Source: Trichoplax adhaerens (taxonomy: Eukaryota > Animalia > Placozoa). Taken from it: a stretch of 64,000 nt of DNA. Below, one piece after another: positions 26,035 through 38,634 of the stretch. A program made the position numbers and the translations under genes. Below the pieces are notes generated by a model, which made no database searches, had not been told where the DNA came from, and was given only the letters and a program-made list of their open reading frames with translations. Positions within the stretch are counted from its first letter, which is position 1. The number at the start of each line of letters is the position of its first letter. Location of the stretch: positions 1,106,452 to 1,170,451 of the forward strand of contig NW_002060952.1 of assembly GCF_000150275.1 (NCBI RefSeq), in the 5' to 3' direction.

Positions 26035-26945
26035 GATTGAAATTACCCGAATGTTATTATGCGATGAGATTGATCCCTTTAATTTAGACATAATTCAAGG
26101 CGATCTAATCTTTAAAATGATCTTATCTTTTATGTGATAGTTATTATTAATGAATATAGAACTGCACTTGATTGAGACATAATTCAAGCTTATTTAACCT
26201 TTGAAATTGATCTCACCTTTCATGCGATAGTTATTGTTATTGATGATTATGAAAACAAACTTAATTGAGATATAGATCAAGGCTATCCAACCTTTGAAAG
26301 TAATCTTATCTTTCATATGATAATCATTAATCATGAATATGAAACTGCAAATGAATTAAAATTACCAGAATGTTATTGTGAGATAAGATTGATCTCTTGA
26401 TTGAGACGTAGTTCAAGCCTATCTAACATTAGACAATCTTCTATTTTTCGTATGATAGTTATTGATATCGAATATGAAATTGTGCTCTATTAAGACATAT
26501 TTCAAGCTTCCTTAATCCTTAAAATTGATCTCATCTTTCATGTGACAGTTATTACTAATGAATATGAAACTTTAAGATAAACTGAAATTAGCGGAATACT
26601 ATTACGCGATAAGATTAATTTTTTTGATTGAGACATAGTTCAAGCCTATTTAACTATTAAAAATGATCTTATCTTTTATGTGATAGTTATTATTAATGGA
26701 TATGAAACTGTACGCGATTGAGGCATAATTAAAGCTTATTGAAACTCTGAAATTAATTTCATCTTTCATACGCTAGTAAATATTAATGAATATGAAACTA
26801 TAGGATGAATTGAAATTACTAGAATACCATTATGCTATAAGAATGATCTCTTTGACAGAGACATTAATTCAAGACTATTTAACTCTTAAAAACAATCTTA
26901 TTTTTCATACGATAGTTATTATTAATGAATATGAAACTTTAAGAT
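26035..26945. repeat. Diverged higher-order tandem repeat (~47 bp A unit plus ~90 bp B units)
   Basis: B units (attgagacataattcaag...gatagttattattaatgaatatgaaact) at ~26082, 26171, 26264, 26400, 26489, 26627, 26717, 26855. A units (gaattgaaattacc-gaat...gataagattgatct) at ~26035, 26353, 26580, 26807. Confidence 0.9.
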
Positions 26946-29561
26946 CAATTAGATCGAGACAGTATTCAATCTTATTAATTCTTGGATATATATCCCGTTT
27001 TCATCTAATCATTTTTAGCGGATATAGACTACATGATTTCTATTTAATTAATTGTTATTGATAATCTGATGCCAACTAAAGCTCATTTATGATTACATGT
27101 GATCACTGATTAGCATGGACCTATAGACATACATGAGTAGTTGGATTCATTTATTGTAACATGACTGGAAAATCTCATTAAGACACTGTTAATTGATTCA
27201 CTAAAGATAAGCTAATTGATCATCATTTACTTCTTTCTATAATAGAATCTATTGATTTATATTATATTGCATTCAATATTGTTTTAAAGGCAAAAGAATT
27301 CTTAATGACGAAAGAAATGAGATGTTTATTTAATACCTGAAATAGTTGTAAGGGCTAGGGTTAGGGTTGTATTTTAAATCAAAGACCTTGATAATTTCTA
27401 GACATAACAAGCTATTTTGAAAACATAGTTGCAGCTACTTTAGGTAATAAGAGAATCATAGTTGTATCCTTTCCATGAATGTACTTGAGTTACTTAAGTA
27501 CATTACTAAGATGACAAAGCGATAGACAAGTTCAATAATACGAATTTTCAACTCAGAGAAAGAATTGTTCCACTTGAGTGTATTTTGATTCTTCTCAGAA
27601 ACGACCTACCCGTCTAAAAGACAATACAATTGTTATCATCAATTCGCAAAACATGAACACCTTTCTTGTTGATATATCGGAACTATATCGTAGGGTTATA
27701 ACTTTGCAAAGTTTCTTATGCTTTGTATTCTGAATGATTTAGGTATCTGTAATTTAGAATTAGCTTGCTGTTCTAGCAATGATTCCTGATTACAGATTAT
27801 ACTGTTTAGATAGAAGCCTAAGCTACAGAATTACGATTACTGATACCTCTGATTCCATTGAGGTTTTAATTAACTGATATTCATGATTTCATTGACAGCA
27901 ACTTACTGTTGTTATAACCGGATGGAAATAATACATTGGGCTACGCCTATTCAGAACATATTGTGGCCTTAAGCAAAGTTGTGACTTAATGACCGTTATT
28001 GTCATGAAAAGCTTTATCAGCTTTGTCTTGAATAAATAAGAAAATTAATATTTTACCCTTCATAGTTATTTCCGATAAACAAGTGGATGAATTGAAAATA
28101 ATTTAGAAAAATTGTGACAAGGTAAAGAAATGATCGAAATTCAATTAATTTTATGTAAGATCGAAATAGCAAAGGATTAAATTCCCTTTATGAAAATCAA
28201 ATTAAAATCTCCTGTAAAATCTTTAATCATGTTCATACACTAGAGCATTGATAGAATAGATTAATAACGTCTACTGTTGATTCTCAATTAGGTAAGACTG
28301 ATTCTAGCGAAAACATAATGGAGAATACGAATTATTATCGATAGAAATTTCAATTCAATGAATTTTATAATAAAAATAAGTACGTAAAGGAAAATATTCA
28401 TCTATTTTATAAATACGGTTGATATAGGATCTAATTAAGCAGGATCAAAACCCCAAAGTACTTGGATGAATGTGCTATTATGATATAGATTATAATTGCT
28501 TACCTACCACAATGTTCTCTTCATATGTTGTGATTATTATCCTATCGAATTACGTAGTCCAAGTTGAATGATCGCTACACTTAATAAGACAACGGGAGGA
28601 TAGAAAAGATGAGTAAATATGTCTGCCTGTAGTTGAAATGGGGTTGTCATAACATACGGCAATAACATTCAAAGTATCAATACCTACCTTGTAAATGCTT
28701 CAAAAAAAACTGCAATTATCATAGCACATCTGCTATAGGATGAAATTAAACAAGGAGCACACAGTAATTGCATTTTTCTACAGATATTCAAGATTTGATG
28801 CAGAAAGGATTAGACAAAACCATTGTTAAAATCGTTGGCTATAATCAATAATAAAAGACTTAAAGTCCATAAAACAATAATCCACCTATCGTCATCACAG
28901 CATAATAAACTTTACTTTTCATTCTTCTACATTTTACATGTCCTCATTATAACTAAAACCGTTAAATACGTCTTGCAAGTGATAAAGTGATCATATTATT
29001 TGCAACATTAGTGAAAGTCACCAGCTAGAAAGTCAATCTTATTATATATCCTATCAGAAATTCTGTATACATTCCAGCTGTTTTTTCCAGCAATTTTTTT
29101 CAAATTCGTCTTGGTCTAGCACGTTGCGAATTTGTTCATTTTACCCAAAGTAGGTTTATATCGCATCCAAAATCGTTATTATCATTATGACTTTGCATTA
29201 GTATTTACTATTTATTCATTGCATTTTTTGATTAACTTATTTCCATTTGTCATATTAGATAGCTAGCAAAGTATCTGGCGGCTTAAATTATAAATTAAGT
29301 GCACTAATTAACTTTCAATTGGTAAGAGAGAGCAATAGATAGCTTATTACTAATTTAATCCGATTTAATCTTTTAATTAAATGTCAGCACAGCAATCACA
29401 TCTATTAATGTTTGGAGATAAATAAGATGATAGCATTTTCCTTTAATAGAAATAATAAACTATTATAAAATTTAATATAATTTACTAATCATTTTTACCG
29501 GAATAGTTTCTCTTCTTCAATTTCGTGTTGGCTCAAAGTATTCCAAATCTCGATTGGAAAT

Positions 29562-31629
29562 ATGTCGTTGCTACCTACTCAAACTCAGATAGACAGTATG
29601 GCTAAAGCCTCTACATTTATCGTAGCGATCATGCTGGTCTGTGGACTTGTCGCTAATGGTGTCCTGATTTTCTACATGATTAATAAGTTGAGAAAGAAAG
29701 TTATCGTTTACGACATGCAAATCTTAAGTTTGTCTATATCGGATTTTGCCTTCATGACCTTAAGGTAAAATTCATTCCAATGTATTCTTGATCATTAAAT
29801 CCAGTCATTATAACCTTTAATTGAATGATATACCAGATATTTTAAATTATCATACTTCAGTGACATTTAAGAATAAACGATTTTAGTGTTCCCATTGTTT
29901 CCTATATTATATTCTGCTTTTGAAACTAAATAATTTTCAATTGTTATTACCTTATAATGATCTTTCTTATGATGGCCTTAAATACCTTTGATACGGTGTC
30001 GTTGACTCCCTATTATTGGGTCTATGTAATGTTTTGCCAATTATTTACATTTCATTAACTAGTCTTAGCTTTAAATACTGCAGAAAATCTTAATAATGAG
30101 TATAAGTAGGCATTATAAGACAGCTTAATGTATTTATGGTAAAATGTCTTGTTGCTATAGCATGGGCAATCATGATTAGAATAGTTGTAAATTTCTTCAA
30201 TTTGAAACCAGCCATGACACCTACGACGAATGAAAAAATACCTTGTACCTTTACCGATGGATTATCAAGTGTAGTGTCATTATATTAATAAGCCCCTGCG
30301 CTAGGGCCAAAGTAAATTATTCATGATGATTTTTATTATTAATAACGAAAACTTAATTAACAATATTAATGGCAGTATGCTGTATAGTTTTCATGCTTTC
30401 TCCATCATACCTTTCATATCGATTATAGTAAGTTAAAAGTTACTTTCTAAATTCCTTCTCGTATGGCCTCTGTTTATCTTTTTTTGCATTTAAATCTTCA
30501 TATTGATAACAGATTATACAAATAAATGATAGAGGATTTCTCTTTTATTCTAATATACCTCTTACATTTACTGGAATTAATTCAATTTTATATATTTTTC
30601 TATAGTGCAACTGGCGTTTTACGGGTTACGGATAAAATCAATCAACGCTCTTCAGTATATCAAAATGGTACCTTTACATGCCGATTAATTTTTGGGATAC
30701 TACTCTATTTAACGCTGGTCAATATGTTAGTTATGGCGTCCATTGCTATTTATCGCTACGTTACTGTTCTCTATCCTAGGATTAGCAAGAAATATTTGAC
30801 TGTTAGTGCCACGTTATTGGCGTTAATAATCAATTGGCTGTTACCTTCTGTTTTTATCGTTCCGCCTGTTGTTGGTGTTTGGGGTAGTTTCGTATACGAT
30901 AATTTAACTAGTTCTTGCACATTAGAACTGATACCTCTAGGAGGAGACGAAGAACATCATTCGAGCTACTCTCTCTTTCTCATTTTGTTCGGTATGACGG
31001 TTCCTACTACCATTATGGCTGCTTGTTATATTGCTATTGGCTTGCGTCTTCGCCAAACATCGAAGCGTCTTAAAGGCCATGCGAAAAATGAATCATCTAA
31101 TGGTACTGGGACATCTGCTGGAACAGATTCTACGGTATTTTCAAGCCAAAATAGCGAACATAGCGCAAACGACACTATACCTACTATTAGCATCGCTTCT
31201 ACCAATGGCCAATATTTAACTGTTAATCCACCACCATCCTATAAAGCGGGTAGGAAAGGTGTTACAGCTACTAAACATCAACAAATCAACCCTGGCAATT
31301 CAAACGCAGTCAAAAAGGAAAGAAAAATCACTAAAATATTTGGTATTATTGTCGTTGTATATATCATTTCTTATTTCCCCTACTGTACAATCTGTTTAGC
31401 TACTATTCTATTTAACGTGCAAGTTTCTCCTTTAGTGTTTTATAGTACAATTTTCTTTACTTATATTAGCAGTATCAGCAATCCATTTGTATTCCTTGCT
31501 CATAATAATAAATTTAAGGCACGTTTAAACAAGATATTCAGTAAAAACACTCGTAGATTAATACATAATCGCATTTCCATACGACGATCTATCAATCGCG
31601 TTATACGTATACGAGAATTTGCTCATTGA
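29562..31629 (+). CDS. Class A (rhodopsin-like) GPCR, resembling Moody/Tre1/GPR84/melatonin-receptor-type receptors
   Basis: Exons 29562-29764 and 30606-31629 (phase-2 intron). TM1 GLVANG, TM2 LSISD, TM3 C...IAIYRY, ECL2 WGSFVYD...SC, TM5 P...CY, long Ser/Thr-rich ICL3, TM6 SYFPY, TM7 SNPFVF. The subfamily is a resemblance only. Confidence 0.9.
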
Positions 31630-32759
31630 TTAAATCGATACTCTCTTATGTTGTCCTCACTATTAACAATATTAGAGCAGGAGACAGTACCTTTCTTCTA
31701 AATAGTTATTATTTTGCTGGGCTTCTCCATTTGAGAAGGTGAATTTATTGACGAATGATTGTACACCATAATTCATGTCATTTATTGAGTTATGAATTAG
31801 GTTAGATTGTAAGGTACTGATGAATGTTTAAAGCACGTTCGTTAAGGTTTACTCAATTATGGAATGTATTGAAAAATAGTATATTATGCATAGATTAGCG
31901 CTGAGTGTGTAACTTTTTGTAGGAAAAATGTACTGTATAAGAGTGATGAATGTAAATGCTGGAGATTCTACGTATATACTGTACTCATTTGCCAAATTGT
32001 ACAATTAAGACACTATTTTATTTTAAGGAAATTAAGCTTTTGGTATTAACTGTAATTACAATTATCGCTATGGTCTATGTAAGATATATTATTGTAAATA
32101 TATGACGGAACTATATCCAGTATAAATAAATAAATGACGTCTAATTATAAATACTAGAACCCTTTTAGTTGCTGTCCTTAAGAAAAGATCATTCTTGAAT
32201 ACTTTATTTCAGATTGCGTGCACATTTAATTAATTACACTAGCTATACTTGAATGCTCTACTTATAAAGCTAAGTGAATTCTAAAATTTTTCTCTTTGTG
32301 TATTGCAAGTAATGAAGATAGTAAAATTCTAAAATAGCCAACAATTGTTAATGGACCGCTATTTAAAACGGTGCCTATAAAGTCGAACGCTCGATACATT
32401 CCTCGCTATTTATTACATGTATCGTATATTATTATCAAGAGAATTTTTATTCTTCTTTGCTCTAATCCATTAACTGCCCTTGCAACTTTATCGGGCTTGA
32501 TGAAAGTAGGGAACACGATTATGTTACAGTTAAATTTATAAGTCAAAATTTTGCGCCTAACATAACAGCGCATAGGTAAATACAAGGAGTGATAAAAATA
32601 TACATAATACGAAGGTAATGAAAAAGAACGGTTTAGCACTTTAAACTTCAATAGTGATTCAACTAAATCACAACCAGCTAAGAACGTTCAAAACTACGCT
32701 ATTTTTGCAGTGAAATTTGAATTCAATTATCACTGGTGTTAAAAAGAGCCCATGTCTTC

Positions 32760-35700
32760 TTAGCTAGAACCCAGCTCGTATATCTGAAGAAGGGAATTAG
32801 ACCATTAGGTAAGTTAGATGATAGAGAATTAATAGTGCAGAACTTTATTTTGGTTCAATATCGATTACGATTTTGACTCCTATTTGATGCTATTTTAATT
32901 GGTGAAGTTTACCTGTATATAGGCCTCGGAAAGTGTTATAATTTGGGGCAAAATATCTTCTACATGTAAATCTTGTACTTGGTACCACTGTTTCGAACCC
33001 TATCGAGAATTTTAATTAATTAGATATACAAATAATGCTAACTAAAAGGTGGTAAGCTGCTAGCGTATGGTCTGAATATACGATGTCTAGCAATTACCCT
33101 ATGACGCAAATGAACCCGATAAATTCCTTTTCCAGCTCCTGTAATAACGAAATACTATCTTTTAGCTTACGTGAACAATGTACGATGTATGGAAGCGTTG
33201 CCGGTAAGCAATAATACCTGGTTGGCCATCATGAATGATATTAGCGACTAAATTGTACGTGGTTACAGGATGAGCATCTTGTACAGCTGGATCCGATGAC
33301 AAATATTCAGCCATATCTAGTTCGCTTTAAATACATAATTAAACGATAAGATGTACAGCAAGCAGTCTCGGCATAATTAAATATGACGACGACTACAATT
33401 TTACTTATATTTAAGTCAAGTATCTTACACGATCGGAAAATTAACAATCGTCGGATTTTTCTCGACAAAGAAATTGTTTCTTGTAAATCTCTAAGCAGTT
33501 TTTGCAATAAATCGTAGCAAATACAGTTAATGCTTCTTTAGAGACTATTAATTTTAGTAGATGGCTACTTACTTTTACATATAAGATCAAATAACGAGGT
33601 AATCGGATTAATTCAAATCGTTTCATAAAGGTCTCTTTATATGTTTTGTATTCCTAAATTAGTTGCATAAAGTGTGCAGGATTACAAATTACAAAATAGT
33701 TTATGCTGCTAATTGATTGTTATGTTACCCTTTCAGAAGTCCCATCAAATTTAGCTAGTAATACAGATAAAGGAACTTGAGGAATAATATTTTCGTTCAG
33801 TTCATCCTATATTTAACGTGAACAAATTTTCTTATGACATAATGACGAAAAAAGGTCTAATTAGAAAAGCTGTAATAACCTGATATAATGGTGCGGGAGG
33901 CAAGTCCAATGTCAAATACAGAAAAGGTGCTACAGATTGAGTTTCTGTAATGTCAATTTGGATTAAAGACGTCATACATTTAGCAAAATTTAGTGATAAT
34001 CAATCGCTAAGACATTCGCACTAAGACTTCACCTTTATATTCATCTAGTTCCATTAACTCTAATTTTTGAAGTTCAGGGGTCTAAAGATAGCATATAATA
34101 ATAACGTACAGACTTAGGGAAAAAATTTTACGACTATTATTCCCTACAACATTTAAATCGGGCCGAGTACAGTCGAGGTTTACAAATACAATACTGTTAC
34201 CTAGATGGATGGCAACCGTGTTTTTAGCAATAACATAGTCTTACCTCTTCTGGTATTACTTTTCTCTTATAGATACGCATTTGACCGCAAAAAGTCTTAT
34301 ATATTATGCCTTTGTAGAGTAATAAAAGAGGATTCAATTTCAAGCAAACTAATCAATATGACCTATAACTTTCAAAACACGTACTAGATCTCATTTTCTT
34401 TGTTCCATTCAAAGACATATGTAAATGATTAAGCATCCAAGACAAGAATGTAATTGGATCGCCTATAAGATATAAGTCAATTTTAAGAGGTGAGATAGGA
34501 AACTATTGATGGCGATGAGAATATCCTAACCTTGTTCGGTAATCTGAAATTGCTTCTTACTGCAGTAAACTACAGCCTAAAAATGTGATAATCAGTAATC
34601 AAGTCATTTCATTGACATTACTTTACGCAAAATGAGAATTCAATATTACAAAAAATATCTAATGTCTTCATACCTGTAACATTTCATGGGGACTTATATG
34701 TGTTTTAAAGTTGCTAGGGTTCCAAATTTTGCGTATTAGTTCACCGAAACGTTGAACTAAGCGAAATGATGTATCGCCAGGTGGCCGCTTAGTATTTTTG
34801 TAATTATTTTCTTGCAGGAAATAATTTCTTAAAGGAACGACATGTGCCAAAGCCTACACAGGGGCGAATAAGACAACAGACAATGCTGGCGTCAGGGTAA
34901 GAAAGAAATTTGGGGTCACTGGCAATAACAATCACCAAAACTTACTTGTAAGATAACATTGCAATAATCGTTAGCTTTGATGTTATTTAGTCCAACCATA
35001 CCTATTTATAATGCATAAACATTGTAGCATTGCAATATTTTAAAACAATTTTTCAATTTCAGGTAAGAGAATGCAGCTTAGTCATGTTGATTTGATATTA
35101 TTGATTCGGTACGTCTACTCTATGTAAATACCTGGAAGGTAAGTTTTTCCTTCTAAAGTTCTGGATAATTTGGCAATTTTGTCGATAACTTCAATTTGTT
35201 CGTTACTAAATGTCGGATCTAATACGTACTGTAGTATGGGAAAAATAGGATATTACTTGAAGTCTGACTAAAAGTACGCGTCTACCTGATTAAATTTCTA
35301 TGTTTAGTCGAGATCAATGGTATACAGTGTAACTGAATCAATTCCAATTGATTATAGGTAAAATTAGGTTAAGATAGAGTAACACTCTTTACCTTAATGT
35401 CGTCCAATGAAGAATCAATAATTTCATAATCATCCGGTAGGCAATAAAACTAAACGTTAAATTACTCAAGTTAGTCGTTTTTTAGCTATATCAGATATAG
35501 AATAGAAACATCAATTCCATAATTAACAAGTCACCGAATAACTGAATCAAATTGATTTGTCGATATATTATAGAGAAGTTTTTTCGACAAACCTTCAAGG
35601 AGTGTAGATTAATAAAGACATGGTGGAAGCATTGGACGCTGTGAGTATAAGCATGTGAGTGACTTCCTCGACCTATATTGCAATAAATAATATACGCGTA

Positions 35701-37411
35701 TACCTAGAGTTAGACTGTTTACACTAGCAAAAAGTCATTCAACACCTATTCCTATTCTACGGGTTCGATAGTAGACGTATGTCTTAGGCACTGATACCCA
35801 TGCTGGAAACAGTTTATTGTCAAATCGTCTACTTTTAAAAAATGCTGTACTGTGCTGTAATCAGTTGATGTAAATCATCAGACGACTCAGCTTATGCAAT
35901 GCTTTCGATATTGAAATGCATGTCAGAGTTTGTTTTGAATGATACCTTGAAAATACTTTCCACAAACAAGGCAAGCATAGACATTCTGATTGGACAATGA
36001 AATAGAGCAAAGCTTTTCAAAATCGAAATCTAATACCGACCTGCAAAGATCAAATTGGTTGAGTAAGAATTATAAGCGCAATAGATAAATCAAGATAGCA
36101 CAGGGTAGATAAAAATGATTCAAATAGGAATTGCAGACAGATACGATTGTAATACTACCAAACTAGGCGCGTGGAATATCCATTTAGAATCATCGACCAG
36201 TTGATATCAAAACTAGCCACTATAAAATGGCAGAATGAGTGTAGATACTGTGGTTGGAGTCTCTTTTACAAGTGTACAGTAGTTCTAAGTCATGACCAGT
36301 GGAGCTCTTTGTATGGCTGTATCGAATTACGACGGCACAAGTGCAGAGCACTACTGTCATCTTATTATTTAATGCATCAAGCTGTAGTCAGCGTCTCTCT
36401 TTTACTGAATGATCCTCAAGCTGCAGTCAGTGTCAACTCTTGTCTAGCTGTATTTGATCACGACAGCACAAGCCCAAAGCATTCCTCTTTATCGACCAAA
36501 CTCAGGTCTCTCAATACCTCTCTCATTTTAGGGTGTCGAAGCTGCTAGTATTCTACCTTGCTAGCTTCGATAAGAAAGGCCCGAAATGGACCTAAAGAGA
36601 ACACGACTTACAAGCATCCTACAGTACGAGTAGACTATCCTAGCATTTAATCGCATAGTATCTTATCCAATTATTTTATTAACATCACGAGCATGCTAAA
36701 ATCAAACCTTCTAGTAAGTCTTTGTTTACATTATTTGGACATGTTCTGGATCAAAATTACTGTATTCAAATTATTAAGGCTTGATCAGGTAGAAATACTC
36801 ATGGAGAAGTAGAGTTACTGTTCAAAAGGTCGACCAATACTATACATCCTATACTGTACTTTATTTCATATTGGTAATTCTTTGCTGTTGAGTTATTCAA
36901 TCGATTGCAATTCTGCTTGCTACTCAAATGATGTCCAATCCTATCTTGTAGGCAAGGTAAAGTAAATCAATCATGCCTAACGATTGCTACAGCACAATAC
37001 AGGATAAGAACGAAAAGAATATCGATGTGCTGATTGTGCTGTTCAACTGCATTACGCTATCTGAGCTATTTCTTTCTACTTCATCCTGGGATTATCATCT
37101 GTAGCCAGATATTGGCCAATATTGACTATCATCGCAAGTTGTCAATAACTGAGACAGATACAAGACTTGAAGCATTTCATCACCTTGACATTGAATGATT
37201 TACTCACCGATTGATTGTATCCAAGTAGGGACAATTTCGACTTCGTTCATCGTTATCCACTGATATTTGCCAAATCAAGGACAAACATATTCAATCAATG
37301 AAAGACAACTTCATAAGGTGTATATTGAAATGGATTGCTATCAGTACCTTTTTTTCTTTTACTGAGTACTTTTACTTCTTCCAATTCAGTGAAATCCTCA
37401 CTACGCTTCAT
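32760..37411 (-). CDS. USP39: U4/U6.U5 tri-snRNP-associated protein 2 (USP39/Sad1)
   Basis: 20 GT-AG exons traced, from 37411-37348 and 37259-37208 to 32783-32760. CPYLDTINRSVLDFDFEKLC and VYACLVCGKYFQGRG (ZnF-UBP); GLNNIKANDY (Asp in place of the catalytic Cys, typical of USP39); HISPHEMLQ; VEKNPTIVNFP; ITLSEAYIQIY. Confidence 0.96.
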
Positions 37412-37485
37412 GATGGCGCCTTGACGATTGGCAACGACTGCAGCAGGTCTGATGACTGATGGGTCAGTTGTCTTCCTAACGTCTC

Positions 37486-38065
37486 CAGTATGTTGCACGA
37501 TCTGGAGTGTGTGGTATCGTATCGTACATCGTGCGCAGGCTCTGTTCACTCATGTTGATGTGAACTCAATACAGTATCGCCGATCTCGAGTTTGAGGTGC
37601 AATACAGTACAGTGTACTGTATTGCATCTACAGTACATGGTACGGTACGGACTAGGGTCTTCCTTTACAGTGTTTATCTAGTAGTCTACAGTGTACAGTG
37701 TACAATATACAGAATGTACTGTACTACAGTACTGTACAGTACTGTACAGTATACTGTGTACTGTACAGTACATACCGTATNNNNNNNNNNNNNNNNNNNN
37801 NNNNNNNNNNNNNNNNNNNNNNNNNNNNNNNNNNNNNNNNNNNNNNNNNNNNNNNNNNNNNNNNNGTAGATGCAATACACTGTACTGTACTGTACAGTGT
37901 ACAGTACAGTATTGCACCGCAAACTCGAGATCCGCGATACTGAATTGACTCGCTTGCTGGATTAAGTATACTGTACAGTACATCAAAATGAGTGAATAGA
38001 ACCTGCGCACGATATACTGTACAGTACGATACGATACCAAACACTCCAGATGGTGTAACATACTG
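37486..38065. repeat. Long imperfect inverted repeat around a TACAG array and an 85-N gap
   Basis: 37486-37631 is the reverse complement of 37866-38065. Shared blocks: caaactcgagatc, atgagtgaa, cctgcgcacgat, gtacgatacgatacca, acactccagat. Confidence 0.9.
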
Positions 38066-38140
38066 TACAGTAGATGCAACGGTCGATAGAATAGCTGGTA
38101 GTTGCTGTGATGCACGTTGTAGCAGGTCGGAATGATTTGC

Positions 38141-38634
38141 ATACAGATATTTTTATTTTATAGAAAAGGGTCTGGACCAGGTCAGACTAGACCATGAACA
38201 TCCTTAGATACTGTACTGTGCAGTGTACAGTACTGTACACTGTAGACCACTAAAGAAGACCGTACTGTAGTACTGTACAGTACTCAGTACGGACTACGGT
38301 TTTCTTTTCGTAGTGTACTGTACAGTGTACAGTACGAAAAGAAGGACTACTGTACTGTACACACTGTACGATCTTTTTTAGTAATCTACAGTACAGTGTA
38401 CAGTACAGTATATACTGTACTGTACTGTACTGTACAGTACACTTGTATCTAATTGTACTGTATCTACTGTACTGTACTCAGTGCGGACTAAGGACTACTT
38501 AAAAAAGACTGAGTCCATGATGGTCTTCTTTTAGTAGTCTACAGTACAGTACAGTACAGTGTACTGTGATCTTCATGGTCTGGTCTGATCTAGTCCGGAC
38601 CGGACCTTTATTTACAGAATAAAAATGTCTGTAT
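38141..38634. mobile_element. Foldback/MITE-like element with ~115-120 bp imperfect inverted arms and TACAG-rich interior
   Basis: 38141-38262 (atacagatatttttatt...agaccatgaa...tgtagaccactaaagaagacc) pairs with 38521-38634 (ggtcttcttttagtagtctaca...ttcatggtct...aataaaaatgtctgtat). The inverted repeat is directly seen. Mobility is inferred and no target-site duplication was established. Confidence 0.55.

Noticed and set aside
26035-26945. CRISPR-like repeat/spacer appearance
   Set aside because: Units are long and diverged, the spacers are homologous to each other, there are no cas genes and the context is eukaryotic.
27351-27368. Telomere-like agggctagggttagggtt
   Set aside because: Only about two to three imperfect units; compatible with chance.
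34946-35001. Missing catalytic Cys in the USP domain as a sign of pseudogenisation
   Set aside because: Normal for the USP39/Sad1 pseudo-deubiquitinase.
36171-36548. 125-aa + strand ORF in a USP39 intron
   Set aside because: Non-ATG start and no recognisable domain; treated as intronic sequence.
37597-38142. Six overlapping ORFs spanning Ns
   Set aside because: Repeat translations running through an 85-N assembly gap.
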